Program-made: the position numbers and the translations under genes
Assembly: GCF_009914755.1 (NCBI RefSeq)
Contig: NC_060925.1
Source of the DNA: the human T2T-CHM13v2.0 reference genome, Homo sapiens
Reading direction: 5' to 3' (one strand)
DNA length: 64,000 nucleotides
The notes under the pieces: model-generated
Databases searched by the model: none
The model's input: the letters and a program-made list of their open reading frames with translations, nothing else
Told to the model about the DNA's origin: nothing
In this document: one piece after another, positions 1 to 15,275 of the stretch
Layout: each line of letters opens with the position of its first letter
How positions within the stretch are numbered: the stretch's first letter is position 1

Positions 1-1215
1 AGAGTTGAGTTTTACCAGCATTTTGGTTAAATAAATGACAAGACATGTCAAGCATCCTGCTTTTGGTTGACATGCAAACATATGCCTCCTACACTGTAAA
101 TTCTATTGATGGTTCTGGTGTCAACAGCAAGTGGTGTAATGAAATACGCACTTATTGTTATTGAAATTAGGACAACCAACAAGAAAGATTCCAAAGCAAG
201 TTTATTATTTATTGTACATTACAACTATTATAAAATTGAAGCAGTGACATGATTCAATTTAACTTTGCATAGAACCATTGATCTTGATTTTTGCACAAAG
301 AAGTCCTTTTGGGCTAAAGCTCTACACAGAAAATCAATTTGCTTAAAATGCTTCCCTTTTATACATAATAGCTTACTCATCGAGGACTGAAATTCTGCAT
401 GTGAATAACACTGCAGTCTCCTTCTTGCCAATCACTGAAGCACTATGTAAATTATAATTGGAATATTATGGCAAAAACCTAGAGGCCACAATCTTTCCAC
501 GAGATAATTGAATGTCAATAATGATCCAGAAAAACATTTAAAGCTGCACCTCAGCATGAGTACAAATGTCCTCAAATTTAACTTTAAAAAAGTGTTTCTG
601 TTCATTGTGCACTGAACATATGTCCAAGTATGGAGAAATACAAGCAAGCAACTACCCCCTGGAAACATTTTGGTCCATGTTCAGGGTAGAGACAAGGTTA
701 GAAGTAAAATTCTAGTTCCAAAGGTGTCACTAACAATTAGATATTTTTATGTGGCTAGTTATTTAACCTCCCTGAATCTGAGGTTTTTTTATTTATGGAA
801 ATTACTCCAAAATCTAAAGTGTTTCAACTCCATCAATAATTACATAAACATTTTTTACTTTGAAACTATATTACTTAAATGTTGTTAGAAATGAATAAAA
901 TAAAAAAGTGTTGTACTAGAACTTCCAAAACAAGGCAGTAAAACAAGAATTAGGGGGTCTACATAGATAGGATTACCTCAAACTTTTTCGAAATGTATCT
1001 TGTTTCATGTGAATTCATAACAATTTTTCTAAATTGAAACAGAAAGTGATATAAGATCTTATATAATATTTCCTTGTGATTTAATAAACAACGTATTAAT
1101 TAAATAAATGTCAGATTTCCAGAATCTAACAAAGAAGATTTTTTTCTGTATTAGTCTGTGTCTGTCTCATATGAACTTAAGCTATTAACATACATTCATT
1201 ATTTTCTCTTTTAAG

Positions 1216-1242
1216 GTTTATATATAAATCTGATAATTAAAG
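1216..1242 (+). CDS. Candidate 27-nt coding microexon (phase 1/1, xLYINLIIK) of an unidentified host gene
   Basis: ttaac branch-like motif, then ttttctcttttaag|GTTTATATATAAATCTGATAATTAAAG|gtaagg. Only the phase-1 frame lacks a stop; length is a multiple of 3; unique sequence. Confidence 0.5.
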
Positions 1243-2129
1243 GTAAGGCATTACTGCTATAAAAAAACTTCCTATTGTGATGAAAATATGTTTCCATGAT
1301 TTTTTTAGTTCATCTGGCATAGACCTAACTTTGCCAAACATGTCGCACAAATTATATTCTAACTCTAAGTAAGACAACTCAGATTCCATGAATAGATATA
1401 AAATATGCTTGTTAATACTATGCTGGAGTGTTACAATTTGCCTCTGATCTGCTTCCATTCAATTTTCTTAAAGCTAATTTCAAAATCATTTTCCCATAAA
1501 GATTTAATTGGGAGTGTCTCTCCACTACATATCTAATTATTTCCTACTATACCATGAACACGACACACTTCCGGCCTCATATACCCTAAAGGATTTCAAT
1601 TAATTCCAGTTATTGTGAAACATTAGGAAAGTAATTCCTAGACATTGTGCAATATGCCTAATTTGTATATAACTAAAGAAATGTGATCTAATATAATAAT
1701 ATTTTACTGGAGGCCAAATAAAGGACATAAATGTGTTATTGAAAGGCAAATCTTATATGATTGAAATTTGTTTTTCTCCAGAAAATTGTCAGAAACAAGG
1801 ATTATTCCATTTTCTTATGCATAAGGGGGAGCAACTAATCTTTTTAACTCTAGCAAATAATGATGCATTTTAATAAGCCTTTAAAAAATCTGCAATTAGC
1901 ATAACATCAAAAAGAAATTAGACATTTTTCATTAACTACATGTAATAACTTATTAATGAGAAAGTACATTTTTCTAAACATTTATAATTTTCTAAATAAA
2001 TAACTTGGTAAACAAATTAATATAGTCTAATAGTTTAGCTCATACTTAACAATATCTGCTGAATTTTCAAAATACAATTGAATCAGTGTGTAGAATATCG
2101 ACTGAGAATATGGTTTCTAGAGTGACCTG

Positions 2130-2310
2130 CTTACTTGCTATGAGGATTTGGGTAAAATTTTGATCTCCAAAATCTTAATATCTTCAACTGTAAAGTGCCA
2201 ATTGAAGTAATACCTTCTTCATCTTCCTTCCTAGATTTCTTATAATGATTAAATAAGATAATGCATGTGATATTGTTTAAAAAGCACTTAGACTTACTCT
2301 GTAACACCGA
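2130..2310. mobile_element. MIR fragment
   Basis: MIR-like core (...atcttcaactgtaaagtg...taaataagataatgcatgtg...aagcacttag); approximate limits. Confidence 0.5.
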
Positions 2311-5148
2311 GGTCAACAATGAATAGCTCTTATTCCACACTCAGCTATCCTAGAAGCCTTCCTGGTTTGCAGAGAAATTTGTACAAAGTGAGCATAATAG
2401 CATTAGCCCTTGACTGGTTCAAGTTAGTCTCTTGTGGGCTTGAAAGGTTTGAGGTAATCCCAAAACTAAATTCATCTCATGGCCATAATACGACTAGGCC
2501 CCACACTCTCATTTGCTCTCCATTCCAGTGGACTGGGGTTTTAACCAGATTCCCAGGGCACACCTGGCTCACAAGCTCAACAATGAAATTTCTGCTTAAT
2601 CATCGTTTCACTGTATCTTGTACCCTTGGGTTCTATCCAGTATTACTTTGTCCCATAAAATTTTATTTTGATGCTTAACATTCCTCTCCAGCAGGAAATT
2701 CTTCTCTATAATTAACCCCACTCTCCTGATGCAATTATTTGCTCTCGTCTTTAAAATTGATGTGGATAAACTGGTCAGTATCCTTGGTTATACATAAACA
2801 CTAACATTAAGGATGCAACAGCAAACTTTCACAGAGTTCAACCTTATGTAATTTTGGCATAGCTAAAAACACAATGGGAGTCTTATTCTACACTTAATAA
2901 TTTTCCAAACAAAGCCAAAAAAAGATATCCAACAAGTATCTCTAAATTCTCTTCGTTAGAAAGTTTTAACTTGCATACAATTTAAATCTTTGTCTACAAT
3001 GTAAGCCTATTTTCTCTTGTTTTGTTCTCAATAGATATGGAGAACAGCTACTTATTGTTTTGCCAGTAGTTTTTATCCTTCTGTAAGTTATTCCTCTTTT
3101 ATCAAAATCCCTTTTATCCTCATCTTCTAAAAGTGCTATTTGCCTCCTTTAAATTTGTCTATCTTTATAAAAGCTCCAAAAATACGCATGTAAGTCTGGA
3201 TGCACATTTTTAAATCTAATAAAAACACTGCAAGCAGATAATACCTGTGTTATTTCTCATTGCATATAGCTAGTTGCTATTATACATCAAGAATTATATG
3301 TATACATATTCTTGCTTAGTATTATGTTAAACAGTTCATTTTGAGTTTATGATAATAACAAATTCACTTTATTTTTAGGTTCCTCAACTGTTTCCTGAAA
3401 TCATTTCTATTTTATAACATATTATTAGCTTGATCAATTTTATTCTTATAGCTTAAAAATATTTCCTGGCATGTGATATATATCCTTTAGAATATACTTT
3501 TTACTTTAGCAAAGAAAAAAGGATGTCATTTGTTTTTCTTAAGACAAAGTTAAGTCCCCTTGTACCTCCAGTCTCCTCCTGTTTTTCAGAAATAGAAGAA
3601 TCAGGACTCAGTTCCACCTAATTAGCCTTCCTTCACCCCCGACACCTGTTAACTCTACCCACACCTACCACACACCCCATTTTCCTTCATTTTCTGTAGT
3701 TGTCTCCATTTTGCGGAGATTCATCTACACTGTTTCTTTCTACAAGTAAACAGAAGACAAAGCTGATCAATATCTGTCCCTTGAGTGTGTACTTTCAATT
3801 GAGTATTATACTCTTGCTCTCAGTCACTTTGAATTGGAATTCACATAGCCAGTAGACCAGGTGATAATCAACCAAATCAACAGCAAGGTAGAAAATCAGA
3901 AATATTCACTTTTCCTTTCATTTATCCTTTTATGCTAATCTTCCTTAATTCAAAAAGCATCCTCATTCTTTTATCAACCTTCCAAGAAAAGCCTTGAAAA
4001 TTATTTTCTCTCCCTTACTATGCTTTACCACTAAATCCACTTAGATGCCAAATGCTGTTTTATTGTTGTTGTTATCTATTCTAAATACTTGTATTGTTTT
4101 TCTCCTTTCTTTCAATTTCGGCATTTCTAGTGTTCATATAGGCTTTGATCTTCCATCTAAGTAAGCATACAATGAATATTGAAATGTTAATTAATATAAA
4201 GCCCTCCCCTGAATATATTAACTTTCCAATGGTTTATTTTTCCACCATTTAATGTACTTATAGTTTTTTAAACAAAATTACTTACCTTGAAATTATGTCC
4301 TTCAGCTGAGCTTTTCAAATAATGTCATCAATGCAACTATTATTTTTTCTACCTTTTTTCACTAATGTTTAGTTTTTTGTGCTATATTTCTATATTGAAA
4401 GAATATAAAACTTATCAAAGACAAAATTATCAAAAAATTGATTTTCAAAGATCTAATTGACTTTTATTAGTGATCCATGAACTGAACAGCATCCAATTTA
4501 TGAAATAGGAAGGAACTCCAATTAGTGGGTGAGTTTTATAAGAAGAAAAAAATGGAGAAAAGCAGGAACAAGGAAAAAAAATAGCAGTTTGATAATTTCG
4601 AAGCTACTGTCCTTATTGGAATATAAGTAAAATTTTGTTAGCTTAATAGAATTTGCCTATCATTTCTCTCCTGATTTCTGGGATGTTCAGATCTTGTAAG
4701 TAAACAACTACGGTATCAGTTTGGTAATGTGGAAATTTACCATGAGTGACTCTATTTAGATCTCTCTTTCTTTTTTAAAACAAAATTTTCCTTTCTTTTT
4801 CATTCTAATGTCTACATTTGCTTTAATCCAGTTCCACAGTTAAATATAGTCTGTGCTCACCACCCATCATTTTTCTATCTACTCACAGTCATTTATTGAT
4901 TGACAGTGGCTAATACATTGATTGATTCTTTATGATACTGTGGTGAAACAATATTTTCTGAATTCTTATATATTTAATATTGGCATTTTTATAATTTATA
5001 CACTTGAAGGCAGCTTGACAGGTTAAAAATTCTTGGCTTTACTTTGTTTGCTAGGATGTCTTGAGTATTTTATTCTATTTTTACTCAAATGAGGGTTCCT
5101 TTGTAGAAATCTTAGACTAACATAACTTTTTATTCTTAAAAGTGACAA

Positions 5149-5448
5149 CCTGTAATCCCAGCACTTTCGGAGGCCGAGGCGAGTGGATTATGAGGTCAGG
5201 AGTTCAAGACCAGCATGGCCAAGATGGTGAAACCCCATCTCTACTAAAAAACAAAAACAAACAAACAAAAAAAACAAAATTGGCCAGGCATGGTGGCAGG
5301 TGCCTGTAATCCCAGCCACTCGGGAGGCTGAGACAGAGAATTGCTCGAACCCAAGAGGCAGAGGTTGCAGTGAGCCGAGATCATGCCACTGCACTCCAGC
5401 CTAGGCGACAGAGCAACACTCGTTTAAAAAAAAAAAAAAAAAAAAAAA
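5149..5448 (+). mobile_element. AluS (AluSg-like), 5'-truncated by ~25 nt
   Basis: Alu dimer starting at cctgtaatcccagc; A-tail; TSD aaaagtgacaac (5138-5149 / 5445-5456). Confidence 0.95.
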
Positions 5449-5456
5449 GTGACAAC

Positions 5457-6440
<984 letters not shown>

Positions 6441-6574
6441 TAAAATTTTATAAAACATTATTTTTTAAAACTATGCTGATGTTTTAAATTTGCACTTAAT
6501 ATTTTCTAATTAAGTAATACACTTCTAGTAACTGACAATAAAAATATCGACTCTAGAAAAAAAGAGGAAAGGGA

Positions 6575-7215
6575 CTCGACACACCCATTAGAATGCTAAA
6601 AATTAAAAAGACTGACCATATACCAAATGATGTCAAGATGTGATTCAGTTGGTACTTTTTCATATCCCCACCATGCTGGTGGGAGGTTAAAATAGCAGCC
6701 ACTTTGGGAAAGGGGTGACACTATCTTAAAGTTAAACGTGTACATACCCTGTGACCCATCAATTCCATTCCTAAGTCTTCACCTAAGAACAAGAAAGAGA
6801 TGTACAAGAATACTCATGGAAGCTTTATTCATATTAGCCAAAATCTAAAAGCAATATAATGTCCATCAACAGGGGAACTAATAAACTAATTTGATATCTT
6901 TATACAATGGAATGCCACTTAGCAATGCCACAACATGGATAAACCTCCAATATAACATGTTGAGTAAAAAATATCTGCCACAAAATAGTACGTGCTGTAT
7001 AAATACATTCTATGAAGTGCTATATGGTGATTAAAAATAAAAAACAGTAATTGTTGTGGATGGTATTGACTAGAAAGAGGCTTGAGAAAATTTTAGGTTC
7101 TAATATTCTGTGTCTTGATTGGGGTAGTGATTGCATGTGTATGAACTTGTCAAACATTATCAGATGGTACACATAAATTATCTGCATTTTATAGTGTATG
7201 AGTTTTACTTCGATT
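6575..7215 (+). mobile_element. Old L1M (L1ME/MC-like) 3' end
   Basis: cacacccattagaatgctaaaaattaaaaagactgaccatatacc...caattccattcctaag; approximate limits. Confidence 0.75.
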
Positions 7216-8340
7216 ACAAGGTTAGGCACAAAACAAGAGATGATGATCTTTTGCCATGTTTGCTTAAATGACTCTTTTAATTTTAGAAATACAGTTACTA
7301 TTTTAAAGTATATTTGTATTGAGCCAATATCAAACGTGTTCCTCAGAATGTGATGTGCTCATTTATTATGTAGTTGCAATTAATTTCTAATTTTAGAAAG
7401 ATTTCATGAATTGCATATTTAAATATGTGATCTATTTCTTTTTGTTGGGTTTCTTCTTCAGAGACTTTGAATATGACTATGCTGTTCTTTCTTCTAACTT
7501 AAAAAATTATGTTCTTTTTAAATTCTTTTGAACACACAACTCCGTCAATCAGCCATACACAATTATTCCACTGAGATAGCTTTAAATAAGATCACAATAA
7601 CTTTAAAATCACCAGATCTAATGGATAATATTTGGTTCTTATCTAAATTGATATGATTTTTACTTCATTTTGGAATTAGTATCTTCCTCTTAGCTTCTTG
7701 AATAATGCACACTTTTAGCTGCTGTCTGAACTTTTTGGCTTGTTTATATCTGGATCTTTTCAGGCTGATCATTCTCTAGCCAATGATGAAATACAGAGCA
7801 AACTGAAGACTTTTCCTTAGTCCTATTCTTTCCTCATTCCATATCCTCTTCCTAGATGATCTCATCGATACACAACTTTATTTACCACTTATATTCAGAC
7901 AACTCCAAAATTTATACCGCTAATCCAGACCTCCCCTCTAAATTGTGGACCTCAACTGCATTATTGTAATCTCCATTTGGGAAAAATGAAAGGTAACTGA
8001 GAATTCATATTTCCAAAACCAAACCAGAGATGGACTTTCTTCCCCAGTATTTATTATGGCAATGAATGACTCCATCTTCCGTCAAATTAAATAAGCCAAA
8101 ACCCTAGGAAACATCCTTGATTTTACATAATCCATCCATCATAACAAATCTAGTAAAAAGATTTGTTAGTTTTACCTACACATTTCTCAGGTTTATTTTT
8201 TCGTCTTTAAAACCATAGCAACTACATAACCATAGTAACTATTCTAGTGTACACTCATTGTCTCTAGCCTGAGCTACAACTGCACTATACATATCCATTC
8301 TTGTTTATCTACTCTATTTTTATAGAAGTCATAGTCATGT

Positions 8341-8342
<2 letters not shown>

Positions 8343-8384
<42 letters not shown>
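8343..8384. repeat. (AC)21 microsatellite at the tail position of the AluJ
   Basis: Perfect AC run directly visible. Confidence 0.97.
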
Positions 8385-8388
<4 letters not shown>

Positions 8389-9046
8389 TAGACAGAGTCT
8401 CACTCTGTCACCCATTCTGTAGTGCAGTGGCACAATCACAGCTCATTGCAGCTCATTGAACTCCTGCGCTCAAGCAATTCTTCCACCTCAGCCTCCTGAG
8501 TAGCTGGGCCTACAGGCACATGCCACCACACCCAGCTATTTTTTTTTTAATGTTTTGTAGAGATGAAGTCTTGCTACATTATCCAGGCTTGTCTTGAACT
8601 CCTGGCCTCAAGTGATCCTCTTGCCTTGGCCTCCCAAAGTGCTGGGATTACAGGCGGACTTAACCAAACACAACTACGTAAAATCCTAGCATACTCCTCA
8701 ATCACCCATATAGGCTGAATAATAGCAGTACAAATATATAACTGAAATATCACCATCTTTAACCTAATTATTTATTTTATCCTAACAACTACTGCATTCC
8801 TGGCACTCAACCTGGATTCAAGCACCAAAACCCTATTACTATCCCATGCCTGAAACAAATGAACATGACTAACATCCCTAATCTTATCAATTTTATTATC
8901 CCTAGGTAGCCTACCTCCATTAACAGTCTTCCTGCCTAAATGAATTATTATCCAAGAATTTCCAAAAAATAATAACCTTATCATTCCAACCGTCATAACT
9001 ATCATAACTCTACTCAACCTATATTTGAGCCACCACTGCAACCAGC
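8389..9046 (-). mobile_element. AluJ, split near its 5' end by the ND2 NUMT
   Basis: Antisense Alu gacagagtctcactctgtcaccc...gctgggattacaggcg (to 8656); resumes as tgagccaccactgcaaccagc (9026-9046). Confidence 0.93.
8653..9025 (+). pseudogene. NUMT: nuclear copy of the central part of mitochondrial ND2 (MTND2 pseudogene fragment)
   Basis: In the vertebrate mitochondrial code reads [26 protein letters not shown]...[32 protein letters not shown]...LLNLY (124 codons, no frameshift), matching hallmark ND2 motifs; in-frame TGA at Trp positions. Confidence 0.97.
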
Positions 9047-9542
9047 TCATACTTTTGATCATATCACACCTCTACTCAAAAATCTTCAATGAATTTCCAC
9101 TGACCTTGAAGTAAAATCTGAAATCCTACAGGACACTGCATACCTTGTTTTCAATCTCTGTATGTAACTTTATCTCAGAATTGGATACCTTCATTCTCTG
9201 CATTCAAGTGAGATTGTTTTTAGTTCCTTACGTGATTCACCCTACATTTTGCCACAGAGATTTTGAAAGTGGTGTGCTTTTTTTGCACGAAATTCTTCCT
9301 CCTTTTTTCATTTAGTTCACTTGATGCTCATTTTTATTTCTCAACATGAATCATTACTTTGCATAGGAGAATTTTCAACCCTACTAATCTGGTCAGAATC
9401 TACTGATATGTTATTTTATTGCACCATGAAAGTCTGTGCTAAAATTGCAGTTGTAATTTTATGATTTTTTTTTTTACTGTGATCATTATATTAATGCATG
9501 GTTTAACCACCAGAGTTTATGTCATTTTTGAGGAGAGTCTAC

Positions 9543-9905
9543 TTCTTAATCCATTCATGATGCTATAACAAAAATATTACAAACTTGGTGACTTATAAAT
9601 AACAAACATTTATTTTTCATAGTTCTTGAGGCTAAGAATGCCAAGATCAAGGGTCTGGAAGATTTCATGTCTGGTGAGGGACCATTCCTCAAAGAGGGCA
9701 CTTTCTCACTGCGTCCTCACGTGGTGGAAGCGATAGGGCAGATCACTGAAACCCCTTTTATAAGGACACTGACACCACCTATGAAAGCTTTCTCTGCATG
9801 ACCTAGTCACCCCACCCGCAAGAGCCCCAACTCCTAATACCATTGCCTTTCATGTTAGGATCTTAACATATTAATTTTGGTGGAACACAATTATTCAGAC
9901 CATGG
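9543..9905 (-). mobile_element. MLT1A-like MaLR solo LTR
   Basis: gctataacaaaaatattacaaacttggtgacttataaataacaaacatttatttttcatagttcttgaggct...ccaagatcaagg. Confidence 0.8.
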
Positions 9906-9994
9906 TGTCTATTTGTTGTTGTTTATTATTTGCTCCTCAGCGCCTAGCAGTGTTTGATAAATGTATGTTGAAGGAGGGGAGCAAGATGGTCTGA

Positions 9995-10965
9995 CCTGAA
10001 TAGCCAGTTCTCAAAAGAAGACATACCAATGGCAAACAGGCTTATGAAAAGGTGCTCAGCATCACTGATCATCAAAGAAAATGCAAGTCAAAAACTACAA
10101 TGAGATATCATCTTACCCCAGTTAAAATGGCTTTTATCCAAAAGACAGGCAATAATAACAAATGCTGGCAAGGACACAGGGAAATGGGAACCCTTGTAGA
10201 CTGTTGCTGGGAATGTCAATCGGTACAACCACTATAAAGAACAGTTTGGAGGTTCCCCAGAAGACTAAAAATAGAGCTACCATATGATCTGGAAATTCCA
10301 TTTCTAGGTATATACTCAAAAGAGAGGAAAGCAATATATCAAAGAGATATCTTCACTTCCATGTTTATTGCAGAACTCTTTCACCATAGCCAATATTTGG
10401 AGGCAATGCAAGTGTCTGCCAAGCAATGAATGGATAAAGAAAATGTGGTACATATAGGCATTGGAGTACTATTCAGCCATACAAATGAGATTCTGTCATT
10501 TGCATATATGGATATAACTGAAGGTCATTATGTTATGATAAATAAACCAGGCACAGAAAGACAAACTTCTCATGTTCTCACTTATTGGTGGGAGATAAAA
10601 ATTAAAGTAATTGAACTCATGGAGATAGAGAGTAGAAGAATGGTTACCAGAGGCTGGGATGGGTAGTGGTGGGGGTGGGTAGGAAGTGAGGAGCACTAAG
10701 GGGTACAAAAAATACTTAGAAAGAATGAATAAGGCCTACTATTTGCTAGCACAACAGGATGACTATAGTAAAAAATAATTTCATTGTACATTTTAAAATA
10801 ACTAAAAGAGTATAATTGGATTGTTTGTAACACAAAAGATAAATGCTTGAGGTGACAGATTTACCCTGATGTGATTATTATGCATAGTATGCCTGTATAA
10901 AAATGTCCCATGTAACCCATAAATATATATACCTACTATGTAACCACAAATTAAAATAAATAAAT
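9995..10965 (+). mobile_element. L1MA (MA1-3-like) 3' end
   Basis: ORF2 C-terminal remnant ([17 protein letters not shown]) and L1MA 3' UTR ending in aaataaataaa. Confidence 0.92.
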
Positions 10966-11434
10966 ATATGCTGAACAAATAAATAAACAATAGGAGATGA
11001 TCTAGAAAACTATAAATTGGGACCAAATTGTGAAGGATGTTCAATACAAGTCAACAGAGCTGATAAATAATTAGGTGGGCAATAGAAAATCACTGTCAGT
11101 TTCTGGGCAAGGGAAAAGAGTGATGTGAACAATGCATCAGAAAATAAGGTATTAATATTTGCACAGTTGGTGAATTAATATCAGTTAGAAGTTAATTTTT
11201 ATGGTTCAGATAAAGATAGAAGATATACAGCAAACAGAAGGGCAGTGAGACTAGATAGAGATTTCTTTTCATTGTAGCATTATACGTGTCATAAGACAGA
11301 AGGAAGAATCAGTATACTTGAAGACAGGTCAAAAGTTACCCATAGTGAAGCCAGAAAGAAAAAGAATACAAAAAATAAAAAGAACAATATATGAGAATTG
11401 TGGTAATATGAAATGATCTAGCATTCATTTAATT

Positions 11435-12955
11435 TGTTTAACTTTTATGATCATGGGTACATGAGCAGGTTTGCTATAAAGGTAAACTTGTGTCACAAGG
11501 GTTTGCTGTACAGATTATTTTGTCACCCAGGTATTAAGCCAAGTACTCAGTTGTTTTCCTGATACTCTCCCTCCTGCCACCCTTCACCCTCAGATAGGTC
11601 CCAGTGTCTGTTTTTCCCTTGTGTGTGTCCATGTGTTCCCATCATTTAGCTCCCACTTTTAAGTGAGAACATGCAGTATTAGATTTTCTGTTCCCACGTC
11701 AGTTTGTTAAGGCTAATGCAAAGAATGTGAGCTCATTCTTTTTATAGCTGCATAGTATTCCATGGTATATATTTACATTTTCTTTATTCAGTCTACCACT
11801 GATGGACATTTTGGTTGATTCCATGTCTGCTATTGTGAACAGTGCTGCAAGGAACATATGCATGCATGTGTCTTATGGTAGAACGATTTATATTCCATTG
11901 GGTACATACCCAGTAATGGGATGGCTGAGTAGAAAGGTAATTTTGTTTTTAGCTTTTGAGCAATCACAACACGGCTTTCCATAATGGTTGAACTAATTTA
12001 CACTCCCACCAACAGTATATAAGCATATCATTTTCTCCACAACCTGTTATAGTCAGCATTTTTTGTTTTTTCTTGACTTTTTAATAACAGTCATTCTGAC
12101 TGGTGTGAGATGGTATCTCATGGTAGCTTTTATTTGTATTCTGTAATAATCAGTAATGTTGAGCTTCTTTCCATATGCTTGTTGGCCACATGTATGTCTT
12201 CTTTTAAAAAGTGTCCTTCATGTCATTTGCCCACTTTTTAATGGGATTGTTTTTTTCTTGTAAATTTTTTTAACTTCCTTTTAGATGCTGGATATTAGAC
12301 CTTTGTCAGATACATAGTTTGCAAAAAAAAAATTCTCCCATTCTGTAGGTCCTCTATTTATTTGGTTGATAGTTTATTTTGTTGTGCAGAAGCTTTTTAG
12401 TTTAACTAGATTCCATTTGTCAATTTTTGCTTTTGTTGCAATTGCTTTTGGCATCTTCATCATGAAATATTTGTCTGTTCCTATGTTCAGAATGGTATTG
12501 CCTATGTTGTCTTCCAGGGTTTTTATAGTTTTGGTTTTTACATTTAAGTATTTAGTCCATCTTAAGTTGATTTTCATATATGGTATAAGGAAGGTGCCAA
12601 ATTTCAATCTTCGGCATATGGCTAGCCAGTTATCTCAGCACCATTTGCAGAATAGGGAGTCCTTTCCTCATTGCTTGTTTCTGTCAGCTTTGTCAAAGCT
12701 CAGATGGTTGTAGCTGTGTGGCCTTATTTCTGAACTCTCTACTATGTTCCATTGGTCTATGTGTCTGTTTTTGTAACAGTACAATATTGTTTTTGTTTCT
12801 GTAGCCCTGAAGTATAGTTTGAAGTAGGGCAGTGTGATGCCTCCAGCTGTGTTCTTTTGCTTAGGATTGCCTTATTCAGACTCTTTTTTGTTTCTATATG
12901 AATTTTAATATAGTTTTTTTTCTAGTTCTGTAAAGAATTTCATTGGTAGTTTGAT
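11435..12955 (-). mobile_element. Older L1PA/L1PB 3' portion
   Basis: Antisense L1 3' UTR plus ORF2 remnant (ORF 12374-12607: [18 protein letters not shown]...[17 protein letters not shown]). Confidence 0.93.
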
Positions 12956-13509
12956 ATTTTCAGAGGAAAGAAAGAAGAAAGCAAAACCCATAGAACCAAA
13001 CATAAAAGCATTATGTAAGGTGATAGAACAAAGTGACCAAAGTTAATTTATATAGATTAAATGTATACATTAAAATTTAGACGTTTGAGGTGTGTGTGTT
13101 TGTGTGTGTGTTGTGTGTGTGTGTGTTTACTCAAGTTATGTCCTACATCCTACATCATAGCAACACAAAAAATAGAGGGATGGAAAAATTTTCAATGGGT
13201 ATATTATTCAAAAAAAAACCAGCCTACACTACAGTGTTAATTTTAGACATAACATACTCTAACAGTGAATGCAATGATGGAAATAAAGTGGATGTTAATA
13301 TTGAAAACTGCAATAATACATCAGGAAAAAATAATAAGCATGAATTTGAATATTCATAAAGGATATTCAAAAGGATATATAAAACTTAGTGATTTGAAAA
13401 TGAATATTGACAAATATACGATTATACTTGTAGATTTTAATAAACCTGTATCAAAAACTAATACATCAAGCAGAATGTTAAGCACTAACAAAATATTTGC
13501 AAAATTTAT

Positions 13510-13918
<409 letters not shown>

Positions 13919-14924
13919 TCAAAAATTGTTAGAATCGATATTACAGTCACCACCTTTTCTGACCACAATAAAATTTCACTTGAAATCAATTAATTAGAAG
14001 ATCAATAAACCATATGTCTAAAAAGTATAAAATATTTAGACTTAAACAACACAAAATTCACTATATGGTAAAGTTGTAGGATGAAGCTAAGGTGATATAA
14101 GAAAACTGGAGCTTTAGTTTGTTATGTCCCACTCCCCAAAAAGATCCTAAAACCAAATAAGCTAAATATTAAACTTCAAAATCCAGAAAAAAAGTGCAAT
14201 AAAGCAGACTTATGAAAAGGTGATAAAAGAAGGTAATAAAGGTAATGCCAGAAATTAAATAAAATACAAAAAAAATGCTCCATTAACTTAAATGTTGATT
14301 CCCAGAAGGATTATAAAATAAATGAGCCTCAGGCAAAACTAATTTTATAAAATAGAAAGAAGGTATAAATATCGCTATCGAAAACATAGAAAGAAACATA
14401 ACTAGGAACATAGAAGAAAACTGCATATAAATATTTGCTAGAAAATGAAAATAAGAATTGGACAATTTTGTAGAAAATATGAATTTGAAAATTGACAGGT
14501 AATAAATAGAAAACTGGTATAAATTAGTAACTATTAAAGATATTATACTAGCAATCCAACATCACTAATCTAACTCCCAACAACGAACACAAAGAGCTTA
14601 AATTGCTTTGAAAAAAAGATTTGTCAAATTCTAAGGAGCAAATTTTCTTAACATATAGTAGTGTTCCAAAAGAAAAAATATATTAAAAACATCAACCAAT
14701 TTCTTTAATGAAATGAAATTAACTTGAAATTAAACTGAAAAATTATATTAAAGTTAGTAATCAATTTTACTTATATAGGTCAAAAATCCCAAATAAAATT
14801 TAACACATGAAATAATACATTGAAAAAGAATAATAACAATAACACTGAATTTTAATCAGTAAGTTTTATCTCAGAAATGAAAGAATATTTAAACCTCATA
14901 AATGTATTACTGCAATTCATCCTA

Positions 14925-15275
<351 letters not shown>

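Larger units (their letters stand above)
7540..9540 (+). mobile_element. L2 (host of AluJ and NUMT)
   Basis: L2-like text (ctcttcctagatgatctcatc...gacaactccaaaatttatac...ccagacctc) on both sides of the Alu; approximate limits. Confidence 0.7.

Noticed and set aside
377-434. Minus-strand exon-like segment ending tga|gtaagc
   Set aside because: Weak acceptor, unrecognised peptide, no partner exon
1237-1458. 73-aa minus-strand ORF MEADQRQ...
   Set aside because: No recognisable homology or splice context; overlaps the more convincing plus-strand donor
8772-9062. 96-aa minus-strand ORF
   Set aside because: Antisense reading of the ND2 NUMT plus the Alu end
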